A DNA stretch of 64,000 nucleotides from contig CAWKMQ010000031.1 of assembly GCA_963850725.1 (NCBI GenBank), positions 4,221 to 68,220 of the forward strand, in the 5' to 3' direction. The stretch is from Vicinamibacterales bacterium (GTDB lineage: Bacteria > Acidobacteriota > Vicinamibacteria > Vicinamibacterales > JAMQPK01). The notes beneath the pieces are model-generated. The model was given only the letters and a program-made list of their open reading frames with translations. It had not been told where the DNA came from and did not search any database. Position numbers and translations under genes: made by a program. Below are positions 36,640-45,226 of the stretch, piece by piece (the first letter of the stretch is position 1; each line of letters begins with the position of its first letter).

Positions 36640-37551
36640 ATGAGAAAGTTCTCGGTCGTCGTTCTCTGTGTGCTCTGCTCGGCATTGGCGTACGCTCAAG
36701 GCGGTCGTGGCGCACCGCCGCCACCCGCGACGGAAACGGTCGCGCCCGGGATTCCCGGCGTCGTTGCCAAGGGCACGAAGGTGACGATCGTGAAGGACGG
36801 GCTTCGGAGCAGTGAAGGGCCCGTAGCCATGCCCGACGGGACCACGCTCTTCACCGAGCCGGGCGCCAGTAAGGTGTACAAGATCGACAAGAGCGGCGCG
36901 CTGTCGGTGGTCGTCGAGGATACCAACCGCGCCAACGGCCTCGCGCTCGATTCCAAGGGGCGCCTGCTCGCCACCACCGCAGACAGTATCGCGGTGCTTC
37001 AGCCGACCAAGTCGGTCATCGCGAAGTTTGCCACCCGTCCAAACGACCTCGTCGTCGACAAGAAGGATGGGATCTGGCTCACGCTGCCGAGCGACAAGCC
37101 GTCGGCCGTGTACTACATCGCCCCGGGTAAGACCGAGGCCGTGAAGATGGGCGAAGCGGCGAGCGCGCACGGCATCCAGCTGAGCCCGGACGAAAAGTCG
37201 CTCTACTCGGCCGACTCGAGCGGCGACCACCTGGTCGTGTTCGACATCGGCGCCGACGGCAAGCTGACGAACAAGCGCGCCTTCGGTCCGTACGAAGGGC
37301 TGAACGGCGCGAAAGAAAGCCACGCCGACGGTATCGCGGTCGACGCCGAAGGGCGCATCTACGTGGGTATCCAGCCCGGCGTACAGGTGTTCAGCAAGGA
37401 TGGCAAGTCGCTCGGGTTGATTCCGACATCCCAGCGCCCGCAGAACCTCGCGTTCGGCGGACCGAACAAGCAGACGCTCTGGGTGGCCACGCCGTCGTGC
37501 CTGTTCTCGGTGCAGATGATCGCGAAGGGATATACGGGCAGGGCGAAATAG
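36640..37551 (+). CDS. secreted SMP-30/gluconolactonase/LRE family protein
   Basis: ATG at 36640 with a GGAGGGG Shine-Dalgarno. Signal peptide. Blades containing SEGPVAMPDG, ANGLALDSKG, HGIQLSPDEK and ADGIAVDAEG. Confidence 0.85.
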   Translation: MRKFSVVVLCVLCSALAYAQGGRGAPPPPATETVAPGIPGVVAKGTKVTIVKDGLRSSEGPVAMPDGTTLFTEPGASKVYKIDKSGALSVVVEDTNRANGLALDSKGRLLATTADSIAVLQPTKSVIAKFATRPNDLVVDKKDGIWLTLPSDKPSAVYYIAPGKTEAVKMGEAASAHGIQLSPDEKSLYSADSSGDHLVVFDIGADGKLTNKRAFGPYEGLNGAKESHADGIAVDAEGRIYVGIQPGVQVFSKDGKSLGLIPTSQRPQNLAFGGPNKQTLWVATPSCLFSVQMIAKGYTGRAK

Positions 37552-37552
37552 G

Positions 37553-37620
<68 letters not shown>

Positions 37621-37658
37621 TACGTCTGTACGGCGTGTGCCCGGCTACCTTCAGCGAG

Positions 37659-37721
37659 CACGGAGGTTTTCACTTGGGATAGAAAAAGATCCTCCGTGTC
37701 TCTGTGACTCCGTGTTGAGAC
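37659..37721. repeat. CACGGAG-family palindromic element, 'empty' version of the 21846-22251 cassette
   Basis: CACGGAGG-24 nt-CCTCCGTG. The right arm 37691-37721 is homologous to the cassette inverted repeat (gtctcaacacggagtcacagagacacggagg on the reverse strand). Confidence 0.7.
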
Positions 37722-37737
37722 TGCCCTCAGCGCCCTC

Positions 37738-38199
37738 CTACTTCAGCACGTTGATGTTGGTCACCCAGTAGGTCACCGAGCTGCCGGCATTGGGCACGAC
37801 CTGGTGCGCCGTGTTGATCGGGATGTGATACATCTCGCCCAGGACGATCTTGTGGGTGTCTCCCCCCTTGATCACTTTCTTCCCGTCCGGGCCATCGACG
37901 ATCTGTCCGCCAAGAATCACGTTCCCCTCGCCGCTCGTGAACATGAGGAAGTGAGAAAAGCCCGTATGCGTCTCGGGTGCGGCGCCCACGTCGCGGCGCT
38001 GGATGCTCGCGCTGTAGTGCCCGTAGTTGCCGAGCCTGCCCGGTGTCGACAGCTGCTTCGCCGGCCAGATGTTGTACGGGTCGGTGCTGAGCGGCGGCGG
38101 CGTTCCGCGGCCGCGCTGCGGCTCTTGCGCCAGTGCAGGCACGACACCTGCGGCCAACACGAAACAAAGCAGAAACCCACCGGCGATTTTCGCGCGCAT
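37738..38199 (-). CDS. secreted cupin domain-containing protein
   Basis: Intact 153-aa ORF. Signal peptide. ETHTGFSHFLMFTSGEG...MYHIPINTAH cupin-like motifs. Confidence 0.7.
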   Translation of the reverse strand: MRAKIAGGFLLCFVLAAGVVPALAQEPQRGRGTPPPLSTDPYNIWPAKQLSTPGRLGNYGHYSASIQRRDVGAAPETHTGFSHFLMFTSGEGNVILGGQIVDGPDGKKVIKGGDTHKIVLGEMYHIPINTAHQVVPNAGSSVTYWVTNINVLK

Positions 38200-38258
38200 A
38201 TCATTCCTCCTTGAAACGGGTACGGCTGGATGAGTGCGCCTAGTCTACCGCCAATGCC

Positions 38259-38888
38259 TCAAACCCGCTCGACCAGCAGGCCGGTTTCACCTGACAGATC
38301 GACCGCCGAATAGCGGAAACAGGAAATGGCCGGCGACGCGATCTGGCGAATGCCGCTTCTCAACGCCAGCGAGAAGCGCGGCGCCACGAGCACCAGTCGT
38401 GGAGGGCGGGTCATGTCGATCGGCCAGTTGGGGTACAGACGCTGAACGATGGGCAGGTTTCGTACAGCCCAGTCAACGTGGCTCAGCCCGCGCGCAACCA
38501 TGCCGTCATCGAGCCTGGTCTGCACGTCAACGATCGTCAACTGGTGAGCGAGGTCCAGCGCGATGAGATCGATTTCTCCATAAGGACTGCACGCGATCCC
38601 GGCGCCGATGGCCAGGATGTCGTCGCCGAGCGCGTTTCGGCATTCCCTGAGCGTGTCCGTGACCTGGACACGGGTGAGCGCCGGACCGGGATGGAGCACG
38701 GCGAGGCCGACACGGGCGGCGGGACGCGCGGCCCGCTCTGATGTGGCCTCGCCTGTTTTGCCGGCAGGCGTCGCAGATGCCGGGCCGGGGAGAAAGAAGT
38801 GGGACACTTCCTCCAGGCCGCGCCCGAGCGGCCTTGGGGATCGTCTTTCATGCGCCGGCCCGCCATCGAATGGCGTCGATCCGCTCAT
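38259..38888 (-). CDS. hypothetical protein with PD-(D/E)XK (NucS/resolvase)-like core, translationally abutting the ParA-like gene
   Basis: 209 aa. GEIDLIALDLAHQLTIVDVQ resembles the D...(D/E)xK nuclease core, but with Q in place of K. Disordered basic N-terminus with the RGLEEVSHFFL peptide. The ATG directly follows the upstream TGA. Confidence 0.6.
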   Translation of the reverse strand: MSGSTPFDGGPAHERRSPRPLGRGLEEVSHFFLPGPASATPAGKTGEATSERAARPAARVGLAVLHPGPALTRVQVTDTLRECRNALGDDILAIGAGIACSPYGEIDLIALDLAHQLTIVDVQTRLDDGMVARGLSHVDWAVRNLPIVQRLYPNWPIDMTRPPRLVLVAPRFSLALRSGIRQIASPAISCFRYSAVDLSGETGLLVERV

Positions 38889-39986
38889 TCAGTGCATCTC
38901 TGCCACGACACAGACGGAATTTTCACCGCCGTACGGTGAAGGCTCGACCTCTGCGTTCAACGGATCGCTGCACCACCGTCCATCGACGACGAACCTGTAA
39001 CGGTAGCGGCCGGGTTCCAGCTTGAGCACCGACTGCCACACGTCTCCCGACCGCGTCATCTCGTTCCCATCGAGCGTCCACTCGTTGAAGTCGCCCACGA
39101 GCTGCACGCGTTGCGCCTCCGGTGCGTCGAGCGCGAACACGACCCCCTCATCGGTCAGCATCGGCGCACACGGACGCGAGCGCGGCTCCACGTCCGAGTC
39201 GGGCTTGTCCGCGGACGCCGCCTCCATGGCGAGCACTTCCGCGGCCAGCCCCGCATAGTCGTCAAAGCCCGTGCAGCGATAACTGTATGCGGTGATCGGC
39301 AGGCCATGACTCGCCGCTTCGGCCAGCTTCACGCTGTGGCGGATGATGGTGTTGAAGTGCGCGTCCGCGAGGTGCTTGAAGATCTCCTCGACGACATCCC
39401 TGGCGAACCGGCTTCGACCGCTGTAGAGCGTCACGAGCGCGCGTGCCTCGACATAGTGTCCGGTTCGTTTCGACAGCACGTCGAACGTTTCGAGAAGCTT
39501 GGCGATGCCGTGGAGCGCGAAAAAGCTCGGATCGACAGGCACGATGGCTTCCGACGCCGCGCACAGCGCGTTGAACGTCAGAAACCCGACGTGAGGCGGA
39601 CAGTCGATGATGACGTAATCGTACTGGCTCTCGACGTCGCCGAGCATTTCCGCGAGGAGGTTTTCGCGATTCGGTACGCCAGCGAGTTTCTCCGGCACTC
39701 CGCTCAGCAGAATGTCGGCGGGGGCCACATCGAGATTCGGTTGCGCCGGTTGAACAATGTTCGGCAGACGCACATCACGACCATAGTGGTGCTGTATGAA
39801 CACGTCATACATCGTGCTCGACAATTGAACGGCGTCGGGCAGTAACCCCAGCGTCGCGTGTCCCTGCGGGTCCATGTCGACGACCAGCGTCCGGCGTCCC
39901 TGCAGCGCAAGGAACGCCGAAAGATTGATGGCCGTGGTCGTCTTGCCGCATCCGCCCTTTTGGTTGACGACAGCAATCGTCCGCAT
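38889..39986 (-). CDS. ParA/MinD-family ATPase fused to a C-terminal CBM48 / AMPK-beta-like glycogen-binding domain
   Basis: ATG at 39986. Deviant Walker A VNQKGGCGKTT. VVDMDPQG. C-terminal VVFALDAPEAQRVQLVGDFNEWT...GDVWQSVLKLEPGRYRYRFVVDGRWCSDPLN. Confidence 0.85.
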   Translation of the reverse strand: MRTIAVVNQKGGCGKTTTAINLSAFLALQGRRTLVVDMDPQGHATLGLLPDAVQLSSTMYDVFIQHHYGRDVRLPNIVQPAQPNLDVAPADILLSGVPEKLAGVPNRENLLAEMLGDVESQYDYVIIDCPPHVGFLTFNALCAASEAIVPVDPSFFALHGIAKLLETFDVLSKRTGHYVEARALVTLYSGRSRFARDVVEEIFKHLADAHFNTIIRHSVKLAEAASHGLPITAYSYRCTGFDDYAGLAAEVLAMEAASADKPDSDVEPRSRPCAPMLTDEGVVFALDAPEAQRVQLVGDFNEWTLDGNEMTRSGDVWQSVLKLEPGRYRYRFVVDGRWCSDPLNAEVEPSPYGGENSVCVVAEMH

Positions 39987-40380
39987 CCTTGCACTCCTTT
40001 GCACGCGCCGGTTTCTCCCGGTACATGCCGTCTCATCACCACCGCGAACGGGCTGGGGGGCGTCGCGGCCACTGTCTTCGTTTGATGCAGGTTGCGGCAG
40101 AGTACCAAAACTGTAACTACACTGCAACTATTCCTAGGGGTCGGTGGTCCTCTTAGCCCCTCATATTGCGTTTAGTTTGATACTGTACGGTTCTTTTGGC
40201 GTCTGACTTTGGGCAAGCGAAAGAAGAACCGGGCAGGCCTGACCAGCCACCATCTCAACCAGCCGCACCACCGCGCACCACCCACTCGCACAGCGTTTGC
40301 CTTCTGTAGAAGCGAATCGGCCGCGCACGAATGGAATCAACAGGTTACGCGGCCTGCAGTAACAGAAGCGTTATCACGGC

Positions 40381-40394
40381 GACACGATCGTGTC
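40381..40394. promoter_or_regulatory. Perfect 14-bp palindrome GACACGATCGTGTC upstream of the SH3/OMP gene
   Basis: Read directly. It ends 9 nt before the AGGAGGA Shine-Dalgarno (40404-40410). Confidence 0.3.
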
Positions 40395-40415
40395 GTCGCA
40401 GCCAGGAGGACGTTC

Positions 40416-41327
40416 ATGACTCGTCACGTTTTGGCGTTGGCCGTTGCGCTCTGCGCGAGCACATCGCCCGTATCCGCACAGGCGCCCGGCACGCTGGACA
40501 CGCAGCTGACGGTGAAGACCATGCCGGCAGAAGTTCACAAATCTCCGACCGTCGCGAGCACCGTATCGGAAAAGCACAGATCGGCACCGTGCTCGACATC
40601 AGGCGCAATCTGGGCTCCTGGGTCGAAGTGTCGTGGCCGGGCGCCGAAGGCGGCGTGGCGTTCGTGCACGTAAATGCCGGAACCATCGCGCGCCGCACCA
40701 CACCGGCTCCGGTGCGCGTGTCGGCGGCCGCAGACCCGGCATCGGCCGCGTCGATGTCGGACAGCCCGGCGGCACTCGCCGATCGCATCATCGCCAACGG
40801 TCAGCGCAACGCGAGCTCGGACGCCGGTATGACCTACGTCGCTGCCTCGCCACGTCGTCGGGATGGGCGCGCGCATGAATGCCTTTACGCCTGGCTTCGG
40901 AGCGGGCTTCGGCGCCACCATGAGAACGTGGTGGAGCAATCGACTTGGCATGCAGGTCGAAGTGCTGCATTCGCGTCTCGGCAATTTGCAGGGCCCCGGC
41001 CACGTCACCTCTCTTCAATTCGCGCCGAGCCTGACGTACGCATTGCCAGACGCAATCAACAACTCCTTCTGGGCGCGCCCGTACGTGGGCGGCGGCGGCA
41101 GTCTGATTCGCACGACGGTGAGTCGTCCGGTCTCGGAGCTCGAGCTGTCCGGGAGCGAGAACGGCATGGGCATTCAGACATTCGGCGGAGCCGAAATGAC
41201 GTTCGCCTCGATGCCGCAATTCGCGATCAGCGCGGAGCTCGACTATCGATGGTCGCAGGTCTCGACGGTTGGATTCCCGCAGAAGAAGCTGGACATGTCG
41301 GTGTCGGCCCACTGGTATTTCAGGTAG
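40416..41327 (+). pseudogene. SH3b-domain plus outer-membrane beta-barrel (OmpA-N/porin-like) protein, two frame changes
   Basis: Signal peptide MTRHVLALAVALCASTSPVSA (ATG at 40416). SH3-like ...GTVLDIRRNLGSWVEVSWPG in ORF 40331..41383. Barrel ending ...MSVSAHWYFR in ORF 40863..41327. Switches near 40565 and 40860. Confidence 0.7.
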
Positions 41328-41335
41328 CAGGTCAG

Positions 41336-41364
41336 GAGGCTGAAGCCGACGAGGCTTCAGCCTC
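41336..41364 (+). terminator. 12-bp hairpin with GCTGAAGC core downstream of the SH3/OMP gene (terminator-like, no U-tract)
   Basis: GAGGCTGAAGCC-gacga-GGCTTCAGCCTC, 9 nt after the stop codon. Confidence 0.45.
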
Positions 41365-41365
41365 T

Positions 41366-41409
41366 CCGAACCTCACGAACTAGACGAACCTCACGAACCC
41401 ACGAATCCG
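41366..41409. repeat. Orphan half-array, ACGAAC orientation only (about 5 units)
   Basis: ccgaacctcACGAACtagACGAACctcACGAACccACGAAtccg, between convergent genes. Confidence 0.8.
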
Positions 41410-41414
41410 TCTGA

Positions 41415-41942
41415 TTACCGCCGGCGCCCGGTCCGCCTGGGCGGCTCGTCTTTCTGACCGAAGGCCCCGACCTCGTCGATGTCGTTGGCAAGACTGACGA
41501 GCTTCGCACGAAGCTCGTCGAACTCGCCGGATTCGAGCGACGCCGCGAAATCCCTCTCGATTTCGTCCACGAGATCGAACACCGTCGCCAGCAGCCGCCG
41601 GCCCCGCGCCGTGAAGCGCACCACCGTCGCGCGCGCGTCGTCGGGCGCCGCACGCCGGTCGACGTACCCGCAGCGCTCGATCTCGCGCAGCAGCTGGCCG
41701 GCGGCCTGGCGCGTGACCCCGGCGCGCTGCGCCAGCAGGCCGATGCGCGTCCCCTCCACGTCCAGATTCGACAGCAGTTGCGGAAACGACGGCGAAAAAT
41801 CCATGAACCCGCGCGCGTGCAGCCCCTCGACCAGGCGGCGATTGTAGACGCGCAGAATCCGCGCCAGCGGGCGGTACAGCCGCGTATTGCGGTAGTGTCG
41901 AAACGCCGCCGAATCGCCGGGGGGTGGGCGCACCGAAGACAT
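41415..41942 (-). CDS. MarR family transcriptional regulator
   Basis: LLSNLDVEGTRIGLLAQRAGVTRQAAGQLLREIERCGYVDR winged helix. Likely ATG at 41942 (the ORF track start is 41963). Confidence 0.85.
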   Translation of the reverse strand: MSSVRPPPGDSAAFRHYRNTRLYRPLARILRVYNRRLVEGLHARGFMDFSPSFPQLLSNLDVEGTRIGLLAQRAGVTRQAAGQLLREIERCGYVDRRAAPDDARATVVRFTARGRRLLATVFDLVDEIERDFAASLESGEFDELRAKLVSLANDIDEVGAFGQKDEPPRRTGRRR

Positions 41943-41966
41943 AATACGAAAGTTGCTTGACAAATT

Positions 41967-41987
41967 ATAGGAAAGATAGTTTCCTAT
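41967..41987. promoter_or_regulatory. Perfect inverted repeat ATAGGAAA-N5-TTTCCTAT in the MarR/cyclase divergent gap (candidate MarR operator)
   Basis: Read directly. TTGACA at 41957-41962 on plus and TATAAT on minus (41964-41969) flank or overlap it. Confidence 0.5.
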
Positions 41988-41992
41988 TGTGC

Positions 41993-42415
41993 ATGACGAC
42001 CATACATGCCGATGCCCTCGTCGAGGCCAACTGCACGCTCGCCCGCCGCTTCTTCGCCGAGCAGGATCGCCTGCGGGGCGGACCGGCCGCCGACCTCTGC
42101 GCGGCGGACTACCGCGCCTGGCTCGGCGGCAACCCGCCGATGGACCGCGCCGGCCACGAAGCCTTTGCGCAGGCGTTCTACGCGGCGTTCGACGGCATCC
42201 ATCACACGCTCGTCGACGTGTTCGGCACCCCCGATCGCGTGGCCGTCCGCTTCGTGCTGGAAGGGACGCACACGGGCGCCTTCTTCGGGGTGCCGTCCAG
42301 CGGACGGCCGGTCAGCATCGTCGCCAACGTCATTCTGCACGTCGAGAATGGAAAGGTGACGAAGGTGTTTGGATTGTTCGACGAAGCGGGCCTGTTCCGG
42401 CAGATCGCGGCTTAG
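41993..42415 (+). CDS. SnoaL-like ester cyclase family protein
   Basis: ATG at 41993. ...VDVFGTPDRVAVRFVLEGTHTGAFFGVPSSGRPVSIVANVILHVENGKV is typical of the SnoaL/ester cyclase fold. Confidence 0.8.
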   Translation: MTTIHADALVEANCTLARRFFAEQDRLRGGPAADLCAADYRAWLGGNPPMDRAGHEAFAQAFYAAFDGIHHTLVDVFGTPDRVAVRFVLEGTHTGAFFGVPSSGRPVSIVANVILHVENGKVTKVFGLFDEAGLFRQIAA

Positions 42416-42448
42416 CCCAGATGAACGAAAAAGAATTCTTTGCGGACC

Positions 42449-42525
42449 TGGAACCAAGGAACCGGGAAGGAACCCGGAACCTTGGAACCGGAACGCGGAA
42501 CAGGAACTGGAACGCCGGAACCCTG
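42449..42525. repeat. GGAACCN short-unit array (about 10 units of 6-10 nt)
   Basis: ggaaccaaggaaccgggaaggaacccggaaccttggaaccggaacgcggaacaggaactggaacgccggaaccc, between convergent stop codons. Confidence 0.85.
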
Positions 42526-42534
42526 TTAGAGGTT

Positions 42535-45058
42535 CTAGACGTTCGCGGTGAGCGGGCGAATCATCGGCTTGGCCCGCTTCGAGCGACGCGAGAATGCCGT
42601 CGGCGTTCACCGGCGCGCGCACGATGACCTCGTCGCCCACCGCCGCCGAAATCGCATTCAGCACCGCCGAGCAGCCAGACGCGACCGGCGGCTCGCCGAT
42701 GCCGCGGGCGCCCGACCGGCGTCTCGGGATCGGGAAGCTCGACCGCCGCCCACTGCATGTTCCTCGGCACGTCGAGAATCGTCGGCGGCTTGTTCTGATA
42801 GAACCGCCTGGCGAGCGCCACGCCGTACTTCTGGTCGTAGACCCACTTCTGTCCGATGGCGTGGCCGATGCCCAGAATCGAGCGGCCGAGAATCTGCCCG
42901 CCCAGCGCCGCGGGATGGATGACGGTGCCGACGTCGGCGACGCACAGGAAATCGATGACCTGGTAGACGCCGGTCTCGACGTCCACTTCGACTTCCGCAA
43001 ACGCCGCGCAGAACGACATCGTGGTGCCGTTGCGCGGGTAGGTGTCGCGCGCCACGCCCATCAGGCCCTGGCCGGCGAGCGCCGTGGCGGATCGCCGCGT
43101 GAACGCGTTGATGTCTTTCGGCAGCTCGTGGCCGTCGAAGACGCCGCCGAGCTCGATCGCGCGCTGCGCGGCCTTCGCGAGCGTCATGCCGCGCGCCGCC
43201 GCCCTTGCGCGCGACGCGCTCGTTGGCCACGACGTAGTCTTCGGGCCGGCCGCCGAGATCCTTCGCCGCGATCTGCTGCAGCTTCTTGATGGCGTCGCTC
43301 GCCGACGCGTGCGCGGCGCGCGTGTGCGCGTGAATCGTCTGGCTGCCGCCCGACACGCAGCTCCACGGCAGGTTCTTCGACGTGTCGCCCCAGGTGATCT
43401 CGCACTTTCTCCCACGGCATGCCCATCATTTCGGCGGCGACGCGCTGGCAGTCCGACCACGACTCGGTGCCGAGATTGCCGACGCCGGTCTGGATGTACA
43501 TGCGGCCGTCCGGCTTGATGACGAAGAGGCCGTCGAAGCCGACCGAGCCGGCGTTGTACGAGCTGACCGCCACGCCGACTGCCGCGCACCTTCGTGCCCT
43601 CGCGCTTGCCGTTCTGGGCCTTTCGCTCGTCCCACTTGAACATCTGCGCGCCCTTGTCGAGCGCCTCCTTGAGGAAGCAGCTCGTCGTCGTCGTCCGGTT
43701 GCCCTGCGCGTTCGGCGGGCCGAACTGCGCTCTGCCCGCCGGCGCGTTGATCTTCCGGATCTCGACCTGATCGATCGCCGAGCTTGCGCGCGGCCTTGGC
43801 GATGACCGGCTTCCATCAGCACGATGCCCTGCATGCCGCCGGGCTGGCTCTGCGCGCGGCGAGGCGGCGTGTTGGTAATCGCCGTGACGCCGCGCCACCG
43901 CATCGCCTCGGGCTGGAACATCAGCGACGCGAAGCGGCTGGCCGAGTTGCCGTCGCCGCCGGGCCCGTACGGTCCGCCTTCGACGACCGTGAACATGTCG
44001 ATCGCGGTGATGCTTGCCTTCCTTGGTGAACCCGACCTTCATGCGGCCGTGGAGCGCGGGACGCGCGCCGCCAATCGCGTGCTCTTCCTCGCGGCTGATG
44101 CGCATCTGCACCGGCGTGCCCGTCTTCTTCGAGAGCAGCGCCGGGATGATGTCGGTGACCGTTCCCGTTCCCTTGGCTGCCGTACCCGCCGCCGCAGTAC
44201 TCGCCGATGAGCACGACGTTCTCCGGCTCGCAGCTCCAGCCAGCGCACGACCGACATGACCGTCTGCACCGTGCTCTGCGTCGACAGATGGATGTAGCAG
44301 CTTGCCGTTCTGCCAGTACGCCATCGACGAGCGGCTCTCGAGGCACTGATGGCTGGTGTTCGGCGTGACGAACGTTTCGTCGAGGACGAGCGTCCGCTTT
44401 CTTGAAGCCGGCCTCGAGGTCGCCGTACGTCCAGCTCGGGATCGGTGTCCTTGCCCATCGGCAGGCGGCCGGCCTTGTATTCCTCGACCTCGGCCTGGGT
44501 CCATTTCAGATCCTGCACTTCCGGCAGCGCCGGCGGCTGACCGGGAACGGGCGTCGGACGGATCCAGACGTTGCCTTCCACGCGCGCGGTCATCGCGCCC
44601 GGCAGCAGCGTCGCGACCGGATCCACGCTGAACGGCAGCGGCTCCCACCGGATCTTGATCTTCTCGATGGCTTCGGCCGCGGTCAGCTCGTCGATCGCCG
44701 CGACGGCCAGAACCGGCTCGCCCTGATAGAGCGGCTCGTTGGTCAGCGCCTTCTCGCTCCTCGGGTTGGCTCGAATGGTCTGGCCCGCGTCGTTGACCTG
44801 ATCCTTCGGACCGGGCACTTCGTCGGCCGTCAGAATCGCTTTGACGCCGGGCATCGCGAGCGCGGCGCTCGCATCGATGCTCAGCACGCGCGCGTGCGCA
44901 TACGGGCTCAGGAGCGAGCCGCGCAGTGCAGCATCCCCTGCGCGCGGAAATCTTCGGCATATCGCGACGCGGCCGGTGACTTTGGCGCGGATGTCAGGAG
45001 TGGAGTAGTTCTGACCAACCAGCTTGTTCTTGTCGACCGGCTTGTTGCTGTCTGCCAT
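42535..45058 (-). pseudogene. xanthine dehydrogenase / aldehyde oxidase family molybdopterin-binding large subunit, at least 8 frame changes
   Basis: ATG at 45058 with a GGAGG Shine-Dalgarno. Colinear conserved pieces are spread over ORFs 44039..45058, 42561..44960, 43921..44346, 43184..43996, 42658..43356 and 41984..43000. The C-terminus GIGEPPVASGCSAVLNAISAAVG... runs to a TAG at 42535. Confidence 0.8.
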
Positions 45059-45201
45059 GACGAGACCTCCGGACAGATACCAATTTCCGAGGCGGGATAT
45101 CGGCGTGAAAGGGGAGAGTATACGCCTTCAGCCCTCGGGCTGCCAGATGATCAAGGCCCCCGCGCTCCGGCACTAAATATCGCTATAAATGATTGTCCTG
45201 T

Positions 45202-45226
45202 AATGACTTAACTGATATCAGTCATT
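45202..45226. promoter_or_regulatory. AT-rich palindromic site: AATGACT...AGTCATT with an embedded 12-bp perfect palindrome ACTGATATCAGT (45211-45222)
   Basis: Read directly. It sits in a locally AT-rich island (about 45174-45235) in the 490-bp divergent gap. Confidence 0.3.
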
